From: a virus | Lineage: Duplodnaviria; Heunggongvirae; Uroviricota; Caudoviricetes | Length of the DNA stretch: 13,151 nucleotides | IMG/VR virus record: IMGVR_UViG_3300029305_004468 | Strand: one strand, 5' to 3' | Shown: positions 1-7,682 of the stretch, in pieces | How positions within the stretch are numbered: position 1 is the stretch's first letter | Layout of the letters: each line of letters opens with the position of its first letter | Translations under genes and position numbers: made by a program | Notes under the pieces: model-generated | Database searches by the model: none | Seen by the model: the letters and a program-made list of their open reading frames with translations, nothing else | What the model was told of the DNA's origin: nothing

Positions 1-92
1 TCTTTACCGCACATAGTGCAGCGATAAAATTTAACAGCTTCGTCTACCGCTTTACTAGTACGTTTGGCGGCAACTTTCTTCTTAGGTGGCAT
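1..92 (-). CDS. 5' part of a hypothetical protein with an N-terminal CxxC (runs off the window edge)
   Basis: Strong SD AAGGAGGTG, then ATG at 92; reads MPPKKKVAAKRTSKAVDEAVKFYRCTMCGK to the edge. Missed by the ORF track because it is truncated. Confidence 0.8.
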   Translation of the reverse strand, partial: MPPKKKVAAKRTSKAVDEAVKFYRCTMCGK

Positions 93-122
93 CGCCACAC
101 CTCCTTGTCACATTTTTACTTC

Positions 123-158
123 AAAAAAAGAGAGAGGACGAGCCACTTAGACTCGCCC
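123..158 (-). terminator. Rho-independent terminator-like hairpin 2
   Basis: Minus strand GGGCGAGT-CTAAGTG-GCTCGTCC followed by TCTCTCTTTTTTT. Confidence 0.6.
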
Positions 159-162
159 AATG

Positions 163-196
163 AAAAAGAGAGAAGGGGAGATTATGCGTTCCCCTT
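163..196 (-). terminator. Rho-independent terminator-like hairpin 1, directly after the tRNA cluster
   Basis: Minus strand AAGGGGA-ACGCATAATC-TCCCCTT followed by CTCTCTTTTT. Confidence 0.55.
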
Positions 197-205
197 TGGA
201 AATTT

Positions 206-281
206 TGGTTGCGGAGGCAGGTAATGCTCCTGCTGTCTCGAGCCTATGAAACTCGCGAGATAACTTTTTCTCTACTCCACA
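206..281 (-). tRNA. tRNA with CAT anticodon (Met, or Ile2 if lysidine-modified); atypical D and T loops
   Basis: 76-nt cloverleaf: acceptor TGTGGAG/CTCCGCA, D stem GAGA/TCTC, anticodon arm CGAGT-TTCATAG-GCTCG, T arm GCAGG-AGCATTA-CCTGC, encoded A-CCA end. Confidence 0.85.
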
Positions 282-339
282 ATACAATCAAGGCTTCACT
301 TCGATCACATATGAATGAAGATCGCCTCATGAACAATAA

Positions 340-423
340 TGGTGCGCCGGGAGGGACTTGAACCCCCACGCCATAAGCATTCGAGCTTAAATCGAATGTG
401 TCTGCCTATTCCACCACCAGCGC
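340..423 (-). tRNA. trnL: tRNA-Leu(TAA)
   Basis: 84 nt: acceptor GCGCTGG/CCGGCGC, anticodon arm TTCGA-TTTAAGC-TCGAA, long variable arm, GGTTCAAGTCC T arm, encoded ACCA. Confidence 0.95.
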
Positions 424-539
424 ATAATGTCCAACGCTCCGAAAAGACCCCATCTGCAGCTGGTACACTTTTTGCGAAAAGTCCAGTAAAGTAATGAGCT
501 GAACCAGAACGAACGCAAACATAGTGAGTTGGACTCATC

Positions 540-615
540 TGGAGGGCAGGGTGGGGGTCGAACCCACGACCTCGACCTTAACAGGGTCTCGCTACTACCG
601 CTGAGCTACCTACCC
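540..615 (-). tRNA. trnN: tRNA-Asn(GTT)
   Basis: 76 nt: acceptor GGGTAGG/CCTGCCC, anticodon loop CTGTTAA, T arm GTGGG-TTCGACC-CCCAC, T-CCA end. Confidence 0.92.
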
Positions 616-719
616 GCAAAATACCCGCCATGTTACGCTTCACCGAGAGGCTCGGCGGGTTCCGTTATAAACGCGCTCTCTGGGACACATCGTTGAGAGG
701 CGCGAGAGCTTCTGTTGTT

Positions 720-995
720 CTATTTACTTATTCTGTTTTTCAGTTTAATCGCAGGAGTGAATCTCGGATATTTTCTGCCCTCAATTCTGGTAAGTTCTCC
801 TGTATTCAAATCTTTCACTATCTTAGCTTTCTTATCATAGACATCAAAAGTTCCGAAGTGGGGGATCTTGATATAACCATAAGCCTCAAGCTCTCTGGTG
901 ATTACTTCAAATGCGTCACGAATAATTTCGCTGCAAACCTTATTTTCATAATCTGTTCGTAGAGACACCTCTCTGATTAATTCATTTCTTGTCAT
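720..995 (-). CDS. hup: HU/IHF-family DNA-binding protein (position equivalent to SPbeta yonN)
   Basis: 91 aa with MTRNELI..., IKIPHFGTF, and a beta arm KDLNTGE...YPRFTP; SD AAGGAGGTG. Confidence 0.9.
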   Translation of the reverse strand: MTRNELIREVSLRTDYENKVCSEIIRDAFEVITRELEAYGYIKIPHFGTFDVYDKKAKIVKDLNTGELTRIEGRKYPRFTPAIKLKNRISK

Positions 996-1006
996 GTCAC
1001 ACCTCC

Positions 1007-2230
1007 TTACAATTTGATGTGATAGTCAAGAACTTTGCCTTTTCCTTCTTCTATACAGAAGAGAGTAGCTCCAGGATTTGATGTCTTTTGAAGCTTCATT
1101 GAAAAATCATCTACGCCGATGATGCTTGGTGTCCTCATGACATCTGAATTAAAGCCAACGGTTTCATTAAACGTGTGATGTAAATGTCCGGCAATAAGTA
1201 TATCTATCGGAATGCCATACATCTTCGAAAAACCCTTCATAGTATTTTCCAAATTCTTTGACTCGCCATGATAGCCAAGAACATTAAAGCCTTGAATAGA
1301 TTCAAAGATCATTCCACTTTCATTCTTCTGGATATCAATATTTGGGTTATTCTCAAGGCGCACTTTTACAAATTCATAGATAATCTTGCCTAAGTTATCT
1401 TCTTCAAAAGAACCTTTTTTGGCACCCAACATTCTGAGTTCCGTATGATTACCGTCAGTCTGCCTGTATTTAATTCGACAATGTTTAGAAAGCTCGTTTA
1501 ACCACCCTGAAAGCCAGTATGCGTACTTTAAAGTCGCGTCAATTACGCCAAAGCGCAACTTCATAAGCTGGCCTACGCGCAGGATACCGTCAAGCTGATC
1601 TCCAAGATCAAAGACATACAATTCATCGATGTTCTCTTTGTTGATCAGGCGAATTGTCTGAGCAAGCAAATCATCCATACGTTCACAAAAAATCTCAGGG
1701 CTATATTCATTAATAATCTCTCCGCAAAGACCCTTGATGCAAAATTCGGAACCAAAATGAGTGTCTCCAAATGCCAACACCCATGATTTGTCATTGTCGT
1801 CCCCATAACTGTACAACGGGGCAGGGGCAGGGAGCTTATCTACATCCTTCAAAGCTTCGCATATCTTTTCCATAATCAGCTCATCTCGAGCTTCTTCTCT
1901 GAGCCATCTGTTATATTCAAGCTTTTCAGTTTGTATTTTCTTCTTTTCCTTTTCTAGCTCGCGTATCTTCACATCGAGATCTTCGCAATGCTGTTTGCCT
2001 TCGAGTTTCGAAAAGATATTTCTATAACTACGCTCAAAATCGCGGTATCTCTTTCTATAAACAGACACATCGAACCAAGGTTCTTCATCACCACGAAGTT
2101 CTTTGTTTATATCGTCGGAAATTTCCTCCCAAGTCTGTTCTATGATTCCACTGGCCTTAAGGCCGCCGATTCTCCATATGTATTGATCCTCATTTTCATG
2201 AGGCAGTTTTTTTAAAATATTAATCTCCAA
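1007..2230 (-). CDS. Calcineurin-like metallophosphoesterase with an N-terminal coiled coil (SPbeta YonJ-like position); true start may be ATT at 2224
   Basis: Motifs GDTHFG, LGDQLDG, GNH, YHG and GHLHH in order. Confidence 0.85.
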   Translation of the reverse strand: MEINILKKLPHENEDQYIWRIGGLKASGIIEQTWEEISDDINKELRGDEEPWFDVSVYRKRYRDFERSYRNIFSKLEGKQHCEDLDVKIRELEKEKKKIQTEKLEYNRWLREEARDELIMEKICEALKDVDKLPAPAPLYSYGDDNDKSWVLAFGDTHFGSEFCIKGLCGEIINEYSPEIFCERMDDLLAQTIRLINKENIDELYVFDLGDQLDGILRVGQLMKLRFGVIDATLKYAYWLSGWLNELSKHCRIKYRQTDGNHTELRMLGAKKGSFEEDNLGKIIYEFVKVRLENNPNIDIQKNESGMIFESIQGFNVLGYHGESKNLENTMKGFSKMYGIPIDILIAGHLHHTFNETVGFNSDVMRTPSIIGVDDFSMKLQKTSNPGATLFCIEEGKGKVLDYHIKL

Positions 2231-2244
2231 TACTCCTTTATCTC

Positions 2245-2439
2245 TTATTTTACGGTATGTTCAGCCCAATATTTTTCGAGCAGCATAATTGATTCATCGC
2301 TTTCGTCGACATACCATTTTTTATTACGGGACTTTTTCTTACCGCCCGTTACAGTAATTCTTGAATTTTTGGCGTGCTCACGAATATAAGCAGCCTGATC
2401 TCTAGTGATTTTTAAAATAATTCTTTCTCCTTTTCTCAA
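2245..2439 (-). CDS. Small basic hypothetical protein; true start probably ATT at 2421 or 2418
   Basis: 64-aa ORF ending just before the phosphoesterase SD. The SD AAAGGAG lies inside the tracked ORF, 5 or 8 nt before ATT codons. Confidence 0.7.
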   Translation of the reverse strand: MRKGERIILKITRDQAAYIREHAKNSRITVTGGKKKSRNKKWYVDESDESIMLLEKYWAEHTVK

Positions 2440-2451
2440 AAAATTTTAAAG

Positions 2452-2473
2452 GGCTACAGAAAAATCCGTAGCC
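2452..2473 (-). terminator. Terminator- or attenuator-like hairpin in the leader
   Basis: GGCTACGGA-TTTT-TCTGTAGCC (9 bp) followed by CTTTAAAATTTTTT. Confidence 0.45.
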
Positions 2474-2804
2474 GCTATATTTAGTTTTTTGTTTTCGGCA
2501 AAGCCTATTCGGGGTAAGTAAACTCAACTTACTATCTGAATCTCCGCTTGTGAGCCCGACAAACCACAAGCATCGTCGATTAATTTTAAACCTAGAAGGG
2601 AGACTCCACCGTCGACATCGCTTCATGTGTACTTTCGTGCCCGTGTACCGCTCCCTGAGTTTGTTTAAATAAGTTTGAAGCACCTGAGTTACTTCCATTA
2701 TGTGTAATTTTTAACGTTGAAATTTAGCCATTCTTGAAAATTGGCCCAGCGATTGCAACGGTTTCAGCGTTTTATTTTTTCACGCTAAAAAAGGGGACAG
2801 AAGG

Positions 2805-3602
2805 CTAATCGCAATAAATAATCTCATTTTCTTGTTGATTTTTAAGTCTTTTTCGACGTTTCTTCTCCCTATCTCTGCGTTTTTCTTCTTCATGCTGGCA
2901 CACATCACAACGTTTTTTGTTTCTAATAGACTTAGGCACTACAAACAACTTCCCACAATCTTTACAACTTACAATACGCTCATCTGGCTTACGGGCTCTC
3001 TCAAGGAAGCAACTGTCGCAATATTTGTGAGCGTTTGCTCTCGGTATAAATCGTGAACCACATTTCTTGCAGTAAGTTTCACGCGGATTTATTCGATGTT
3101 TTAAATTTTTAAGCATAATCTCACCAAAGCAACCCCATAGGAGCATTTTAGCTTCAGTGTCTTTATTATATAAATACTGTATAAGCATATCCGCGGTATC
3201 TTCTTCTGAATGTCCGAACTTCATCAAATCTGCTTTAACATCTGCGATAATATACGGAACATTGTCTTGATGTTTTTCGTCCGCATCCTCGTTATTAATA
3301 CGATTATGATAAGTCATACTCAGCTCGTCATACTTATCAAATAGGGCAGAGTCTATCAAACCACAATCAGGATTAGTCATAAATTTATGATAATCAAATC
3401 CATCCATGTATCTAAAGTTGAGCTGTTTTTTCTTTACTATACTGCGAATCTTATTAACTAAGGATTTGTTGATGTTGACAACTTGGTTTTTCTCATAGCC
3501 TTTAGCTTCCGTAAAGAAATAAGGCATTTTAGCTTTAGTGTATTTTCTTATAAGGGCGTCGGCCCAATCTGGTCGTTCTGGTTTGTACAAAGTTTTTGCA
3601 TA
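2805..3602 (-). CDS. yonO: YonO-like RNA polymerase, exon 2 (265 aa, C-terminal double zinc ribbon)
   Basis: Frame is open from TAT at 3602 (YAKTLYKPERPDWAD...). It joins exon 1 in frame to give NNFTID|YAKT. No SD precedes the tracked TTG at 3590. Confidence 0.85.
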   Translation of the reverse strand, partial: YAKTLYKPERPDWADALIRKYTKAKMPYFFTEAKGYEKNQVVNINKSLVNKIRSIVKKKQLNFRYMDGFDYHKFMTNPDCGLIDSALFDKYDELSMTYHNRINNEDADEKHQDNVPYIIADVKADLMKFGHSEEDTADMLIQYLYNKDTEAKMLLWGCFGEIMLKNLKHRINPRETYCKKCGSRFIPRANAHKYCDSCFLERARKPDERIVSCKDCGKLFVVPKSIRNKKRCDVCQHEEEKRRDREKKRRKRLKNQQENEIIYCD

Positions 3603-4534
3603 CCTTAATACCCTCGGTTTCCCGATATTTATTAGGGGAGTAGACTATATCATCTTCCCAGTAGGAAGGGTGGCGCTTCGCGATACGGAATTTCACCGTA
3701 AAGCTACTCCTTTCGGATAGTCGTTGCAGGTCGAGATTGTTTGTTGTTTTTATAAATAACCAAATACCCATCCTTTATGAGTTTTGTTTTTTCCATGAAG
3801 AACTCTATCTATACATTTTCTTGAAAATCCATTTTTCTCAGAAAAATCTTTTATATTAGTAAATTCTACATATTCACCGGTTGCTAAATTTCTCCCCCAG
3901 CATGATTTCTGTCCTGCGCGTCGACAATTTTCTGAAAACGTAATCCATTCGCAATTTTCAGGACAGTAATCTTTTTGAGGGTCTATTCTTTCTATAGTTA
4001 ATCCTTCTCTATATCCGTTCTTTTTTGCCCAATTGGAGAAATTAATATAGGTATGCCATTCGGGACATACTTTTATGCCTTTTCCTCCATATCGGCTATA
4101 ACATTCAATTTTACTGTTGTAGCATCTATTTTTCATATTGACCCACGTTTGATACAGTTTTGTTTTTCTTTCTCCATGTATCAAATGCTTTTCTCGGATA
4201 ACTTCTTTATGTAGACATCCACAAGATCTTGTCATGCCGCTTTTCATTCGCTTTTCGTTGATTGCTTTTATATTGCCACAATCACATTGACATAACCAAT
4301 AGCGACCTTGATTCTTGTCAGTATGCGAAAATTTTAAAACTTTCAATTTTCCATACTTATTACCTGTTAAATCTTTAATCTTATACTCCTTGTCTAAACA
4401 ATCTCTTTCCCACAGGATTCCCATACAAAACATTTGCTTAGGGTTTCCTGTTAGCACGGTTTCCCGCACACCCGGCATTTACCGGTTCACCACCTTATCA
4501 CTTATATATTGCTATATAAGGCGACCTATAATTG
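3603..4534 (-). mobile_element. Group I intron (932 nt; likely subgroup IA2) in the RNA polymerase gene
   Basis: 5' exon ends in U (GAT, 4535) and the intron ends in G (3603). P1 CGAUC/GGUCG with U.G at the splice site; P2 CTTATATA-GCAA-TATATAAG (4501-4520); P3 GGTGGTG/CGCCACC; P7 GACTA (3722-3718)/TAGTC (3647-3643); P7.1 TCCGAAAGGA; P9 TCGG-GAAA-CCGA. A 10-bp stem GAGATTGTTT (4405-4396)/AAACAATCTC (3742-3733) encloses the ORF. Confidence 0.92.
3750..4379 (-). CDS. Intron-encoded HNH-type homing endonuclease with a C-terminal NUMOD1-like HTH (about 209 aa from ATT)
   Basis: DLTGNKYGKL..WLCQCDCG..SCGC, YGGKGIKVCPEW, LTIERIDPQKDYCPENCEWIT, then a C-terminal HTH-like segment. The tracked ATG at 4478 lies in the ribozyme core, whereas SD AAGGAG sits 6 nt before ATT at 4379. 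Confidence 0.85.
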   Translation of the reverse strand: MKDLTGNKYGKLKVLKFSHTDKNQGRYWLCQCDCGNIKAINEKRMKSGMTRSCGCLHKEVIREKHLIHGERKTKLYQTWVNMKNRCYNSKIECYSRYGGKGIKVCPEWHTYINFSNWAKKNGYREGLTIERIDPQKDYCPENCEWITFSENCRRAGQKSCWGRNLATGEYVEFTNIKDFSEKNGFSRKCIDRVLHGKNKTHKGWVFGYL

Positions 4535-6601
4535 ATCGATAGTAAAATTATTTTCCATACATAGCAGTTTAACTGCCAATATTTCTTCTTCACCAACTTC
4601 TTTGCCTACATTCCAGATTTTCGTAATGTCGTTACTTATCGTACCTATATTTCCGCCCGACCAAGCCATGAGCATTCCTGCATAGAATTGTTCGTTATCA
4701 AGAATAACGGACTCGGCTTTTTTCATGTCATAATAAAGCGGCACTATGTCTTGCATATTTCTTTCAGCCACTTCAACTATAGTTTTATCAGCGACGATTA
4801 GTAAAATGTCACCGTCACAATCGAACTGGAGAAGCTTTGATATGTTGTCGAAACAGCTTGTATAAATTGCATCTGTCTGGAACCATTCACTCGTCGTCTC
4901 ATTTACGACATTCTTTCTTACTGCATGTTCTCTATATAGATGCGGCGAACGCAAGCAATCTAATTTTTCGACCCTATCATATAATCTGCAGGATACTTCT
5001 CCGTCTTTTAACAACCCCGGCGGGTTGTCCATATGTAAAAACCAACTCTGACATACGGCATACAAATCAGGAATTACAAACGCATACTTACATTTTGTCG
5101 GCAATTTGCCAGAATAATATTTCCTAATCATGCTGTTTTTAATATCATTCAGTTTACGTTTGCAGTATTTATCGCTCAACATTTCAGGGTAGAGGAGAAG
5201 CGCCTCTTGAAACGGCGTAAGATTTCTGCCTTTTACTGCCCCGAATGCATCAAGCATAGAACTAACACTTGAAGTTAGCTTGTCTATTTTATTTATTGCT
5301 GGCGTAGCAATCTTAATAAGCTCTTCGTCTGTGATATCTGTCAGCGTCTGTAAAATTTGATAGCTCAGCTGAGAATTCTTGACCGTGTCTTCTTCCTCTT
5401 TGCACGTACCAGCTTGACAATTATACTGCTTAAAGAAATCTTTATACTCTTTCCAACTATCGTAGTACTTGCTCATCTTAAATTGCGATTTTGTAAAGAT
5501 AATCTGTATGTCTTCCGCGATAACATCGTGTTCGACTCCATAGATGTCAGTTATTACCGGACTCGCTTCGTGTTCTTCAATAAACCTCACATAGTCAAAA
5601 CTGCAAAGGAGGCCTTTAATCCACGGCGCTCTAACCATAAAGTTCTTTTCACTGACGCTCGGCAGCATTAAACCACATCCATCTGTGTGTTCGATATTGA
5701 TATCCATTTCCTGCCGCGTCACTTCATATGTCACGTCATCGATAAAATCTACAGTACCATGAACTGCCGTTTCAAAATCCGGCACCACAATACAACGGTC
5801 GATGTCAAAATCCTTCCATTCATCTGTTGCGCTATTTGACAATGCAAGATATGCAAGAAATTTGTTGACATTTACGCCACCTTGAGCGTTTATGCTGTCG
5901 ACAGTTAATCCGCACATGAGAGTTTTCTCATGCTGTTCCCACAATGATTCTTTAATAAATACTGTCTTTTTCGTTCTTATCTGGCCGGCCGATGCCGTAA
6001 AGAATCGATATTTTTCGCCATTATGTATAAATCCGTTCACTATAATGTCCTGCATTACATCATAATAGAATGTTCTGACAACGATTATATCTTCGGACAA
6101 TTCATCCTGCCCGATGCCGAGAGTACGGGTCAATGTTGACTCAAATACCGATATAATATTCTTTTCATCGATTGCACTAGGGGCTAATCGTCTGATGCAT
6201 TTATTATCCGTTGTCTGATTATATTCGACTGCCTGAGCGAGTCTCATTTTCAATTCGGCCTTTAATTCATTTATATATTTAGTTTTATAAGACTTCCAAT
6301 ACGATAACTCTACAAATCTCTCATTGATAGCGACCAATTTTGAGATTTGCTCTACGGTGTAACATTCTCCGCATTCTGCAAAAAAATATTCAAGCCTACC
6401 CATATGCTTTCTGCACAGGTCGGCCTGCTCTTTATCTGCTATTATTCCATCCACCTCAATCTTGAGATGATCCAGCAGTTTATTTATTTGTTTCTTTTCA
6501 CTGATGAACTTATTCATCTTCCAGTGGACATAACGTTCTCGGTTTTTATAGAATGCTCCCGTATCAACACTATAAATATGAATTTGGCGGTCTAAACTTA
6601 T
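4535..6601 (-). CDS. yonO: YonO-like single-subunit RNA polymerase (double-psi beta-barrel, related to eukaryotic RdRPs), exon 1; spliced product about 954 aa from ATA 6601 or 926 aa from ATG 6517
   Basis: TDGCG motif, QFKM, LRSPHL, catalytic QFDCDGD, GNIG..SN..TKIWN. Gene order RNAP-phosphoesterase-HU resembles SPbeta. The frame is open 28 codons upstream of ATG 6517 to an ATA with SD AAAGGCGGTGA. Confidence 0.88.
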
Positions 6602-6639
6602 TCGATCACCGCCTTTAAAATTTTCGCTATTTTAACACC

Positions 6640-6897
6640 TCAGTCTTTTAAATCTTCATTATCTGTCAAGAAGCTATATAAAAGTAAAGCTTCATCTTCT
6701 TCATAGGTTGGGTGCTGTATTAAAAAATCACGCACTGCATCATAACTGTCAGGATGAAAATCTGTCAGTAACGCAATGTATGCTGCAATTAAAGTTCTCA
6801 AAATAATATAATCTTCTTTTGTGTTCAGCGGCCCAAGCCCATACAGTGCTCCATGAACTATCTCTATAGCCTGGAGAAAAGTTTTTTCGTTAATCAT
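6640..6897 (-). CDS. Hypothetical protein (85 aa)
   Basis: TAATG overlap with the upstream gene; protein-like helical composition. Confidence 0.75.
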   Translation of the reverse strand: MINEKTFLQAIEIVHGALYGLGPLNTKEDYIILRTLIAAYIALLTDFHPDSYDAVRDFLIQHPTYEEDEALLLYSFLTDNEDLKD

Positions 6898-7082
6898 TAA
6901 AATTCTCCGTTCCGGTCACGTAAATAGCGGAACCATTCACCTTTATAATGTTTTTTATTATGTAAGCTTGTAATATCTATACCGGCTTCATAGTCGGTCG
7001 GGTCGAAATGCTCACAACCTCCTTCTTCATGGCATTCATCTCCCCATATGCAATACTTGCAAATATTTTCTGTCTTATCCAA
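6897..7082 (-). CDS. Small Cys-rich hypothetical protein (CxxC..C..C, possible metal binding)
   Basis: 61 aa, TTG start with an AAGGGGT SD, CKYCIWGDECHEEGGCEHF. Confidence 0.7.
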   Translation of the reverse strand: MDKTENICKYCIWGDECHEEGGCEHFDPTDYEAGIDITSLHNKKHYKGEWFRYLRDRNGEF

Positions 7083-7229
7083 TGTTGTTTACCCCTTTTA
7101 ATCTCCTTTCGTTATAATCAGTATGATTTTCAAAAGAGGGCAGGGGGATCTCGTTTGCTTATAATTCGCCTCCTTTCCAGATAGACATTTTTTTAATCCT
7201 TATAAGGATTCTGAATAAAAAACGTCCAC

Positions 7230-7673
7230 CTAATCTAAATTTAAAGTCAGTATATCTTCAGAATTTGCCTGATAAAGTTCATATTCGAAATTTCGCGCAC
7301 ATCCAGTACAGTCGACCACTGTCGTGTCCATAATGCAATCACGATCATATTGCTCGCACACATTAAACAATGAACAGAGAATAGGAATCTCATCGCTTTC
7401 TACCTCGCGCCATAATCGCTTCGGCATATCGTCTCTTGGTGGAATGGTAATATTGACGTCTGGATAATATGTATTGACTAAATCCTGAATATGGTCTATG
7501 GAAAATCCTATATCTTTAATCGAACATAAAACGCGCATCAGATCTGCGCCTGTAGAAACAGAACCTATAAGAATATCCGTCTCTCCTGTATCTTCATGTA
7601 GAAGTTCCACATCGGCTACTTCTTCGTCCGTAACATAAATATGTTCGTCTGTGCCGTAGTAAAAATATTTCAT
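7230..7673 (-). CDS. Acidic hypothetical protein with a C-terminal Cys cluster
   Basis: 147 aa, SD AAAGGAG, very D/E-rich. Confidence 0.8.
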   Translation of the reverse strand: MKYFYYGTDEHIYVTDEEVADVELLHEDTGETDILIGSVSTGADLMRVLCSIKDIGFSIDHIQDLVNTYYPDVNITIPPRDDMPKRLWREVESDEIPILCSLFNVCEQYDRDCIMDTTVVDCTGCARNFEYELYQANSEDILTLNLD

Positions 7674-7682
7674 AAGTTTCTT

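Noticed and set aside
305-538. 77-aa minus-strand ORF
   Set aside because: Overlaps tRNA-Leu and the structured spacer; no SD.
630-962. 110-aa plus-strand ORF
   Set aside because: Antisense shadow of the HU gene.
2402-2698. 98-aa minus-strand ORF
   Set aside because: No SD, runs through several RNA hairpins and overlaps the next gene out of frame; better explained as a leader.
3535-3771. 78-aa minus-strand ORF
   Set aside because: Reads through the conserved intron core (P7-P9).
4380-4478. N-terminal 33 codons of the tracked endonuclease ORF
   Set aside because: Mostly ribozyme core sequence; the SD points to ATT 4379.
4526-4534. Stop at 4526 as the true end of the polymerase (two separate genes or a pseudogene)
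   Set aside because: QL-stop is intron sequence; splicing restores a continuous frame.
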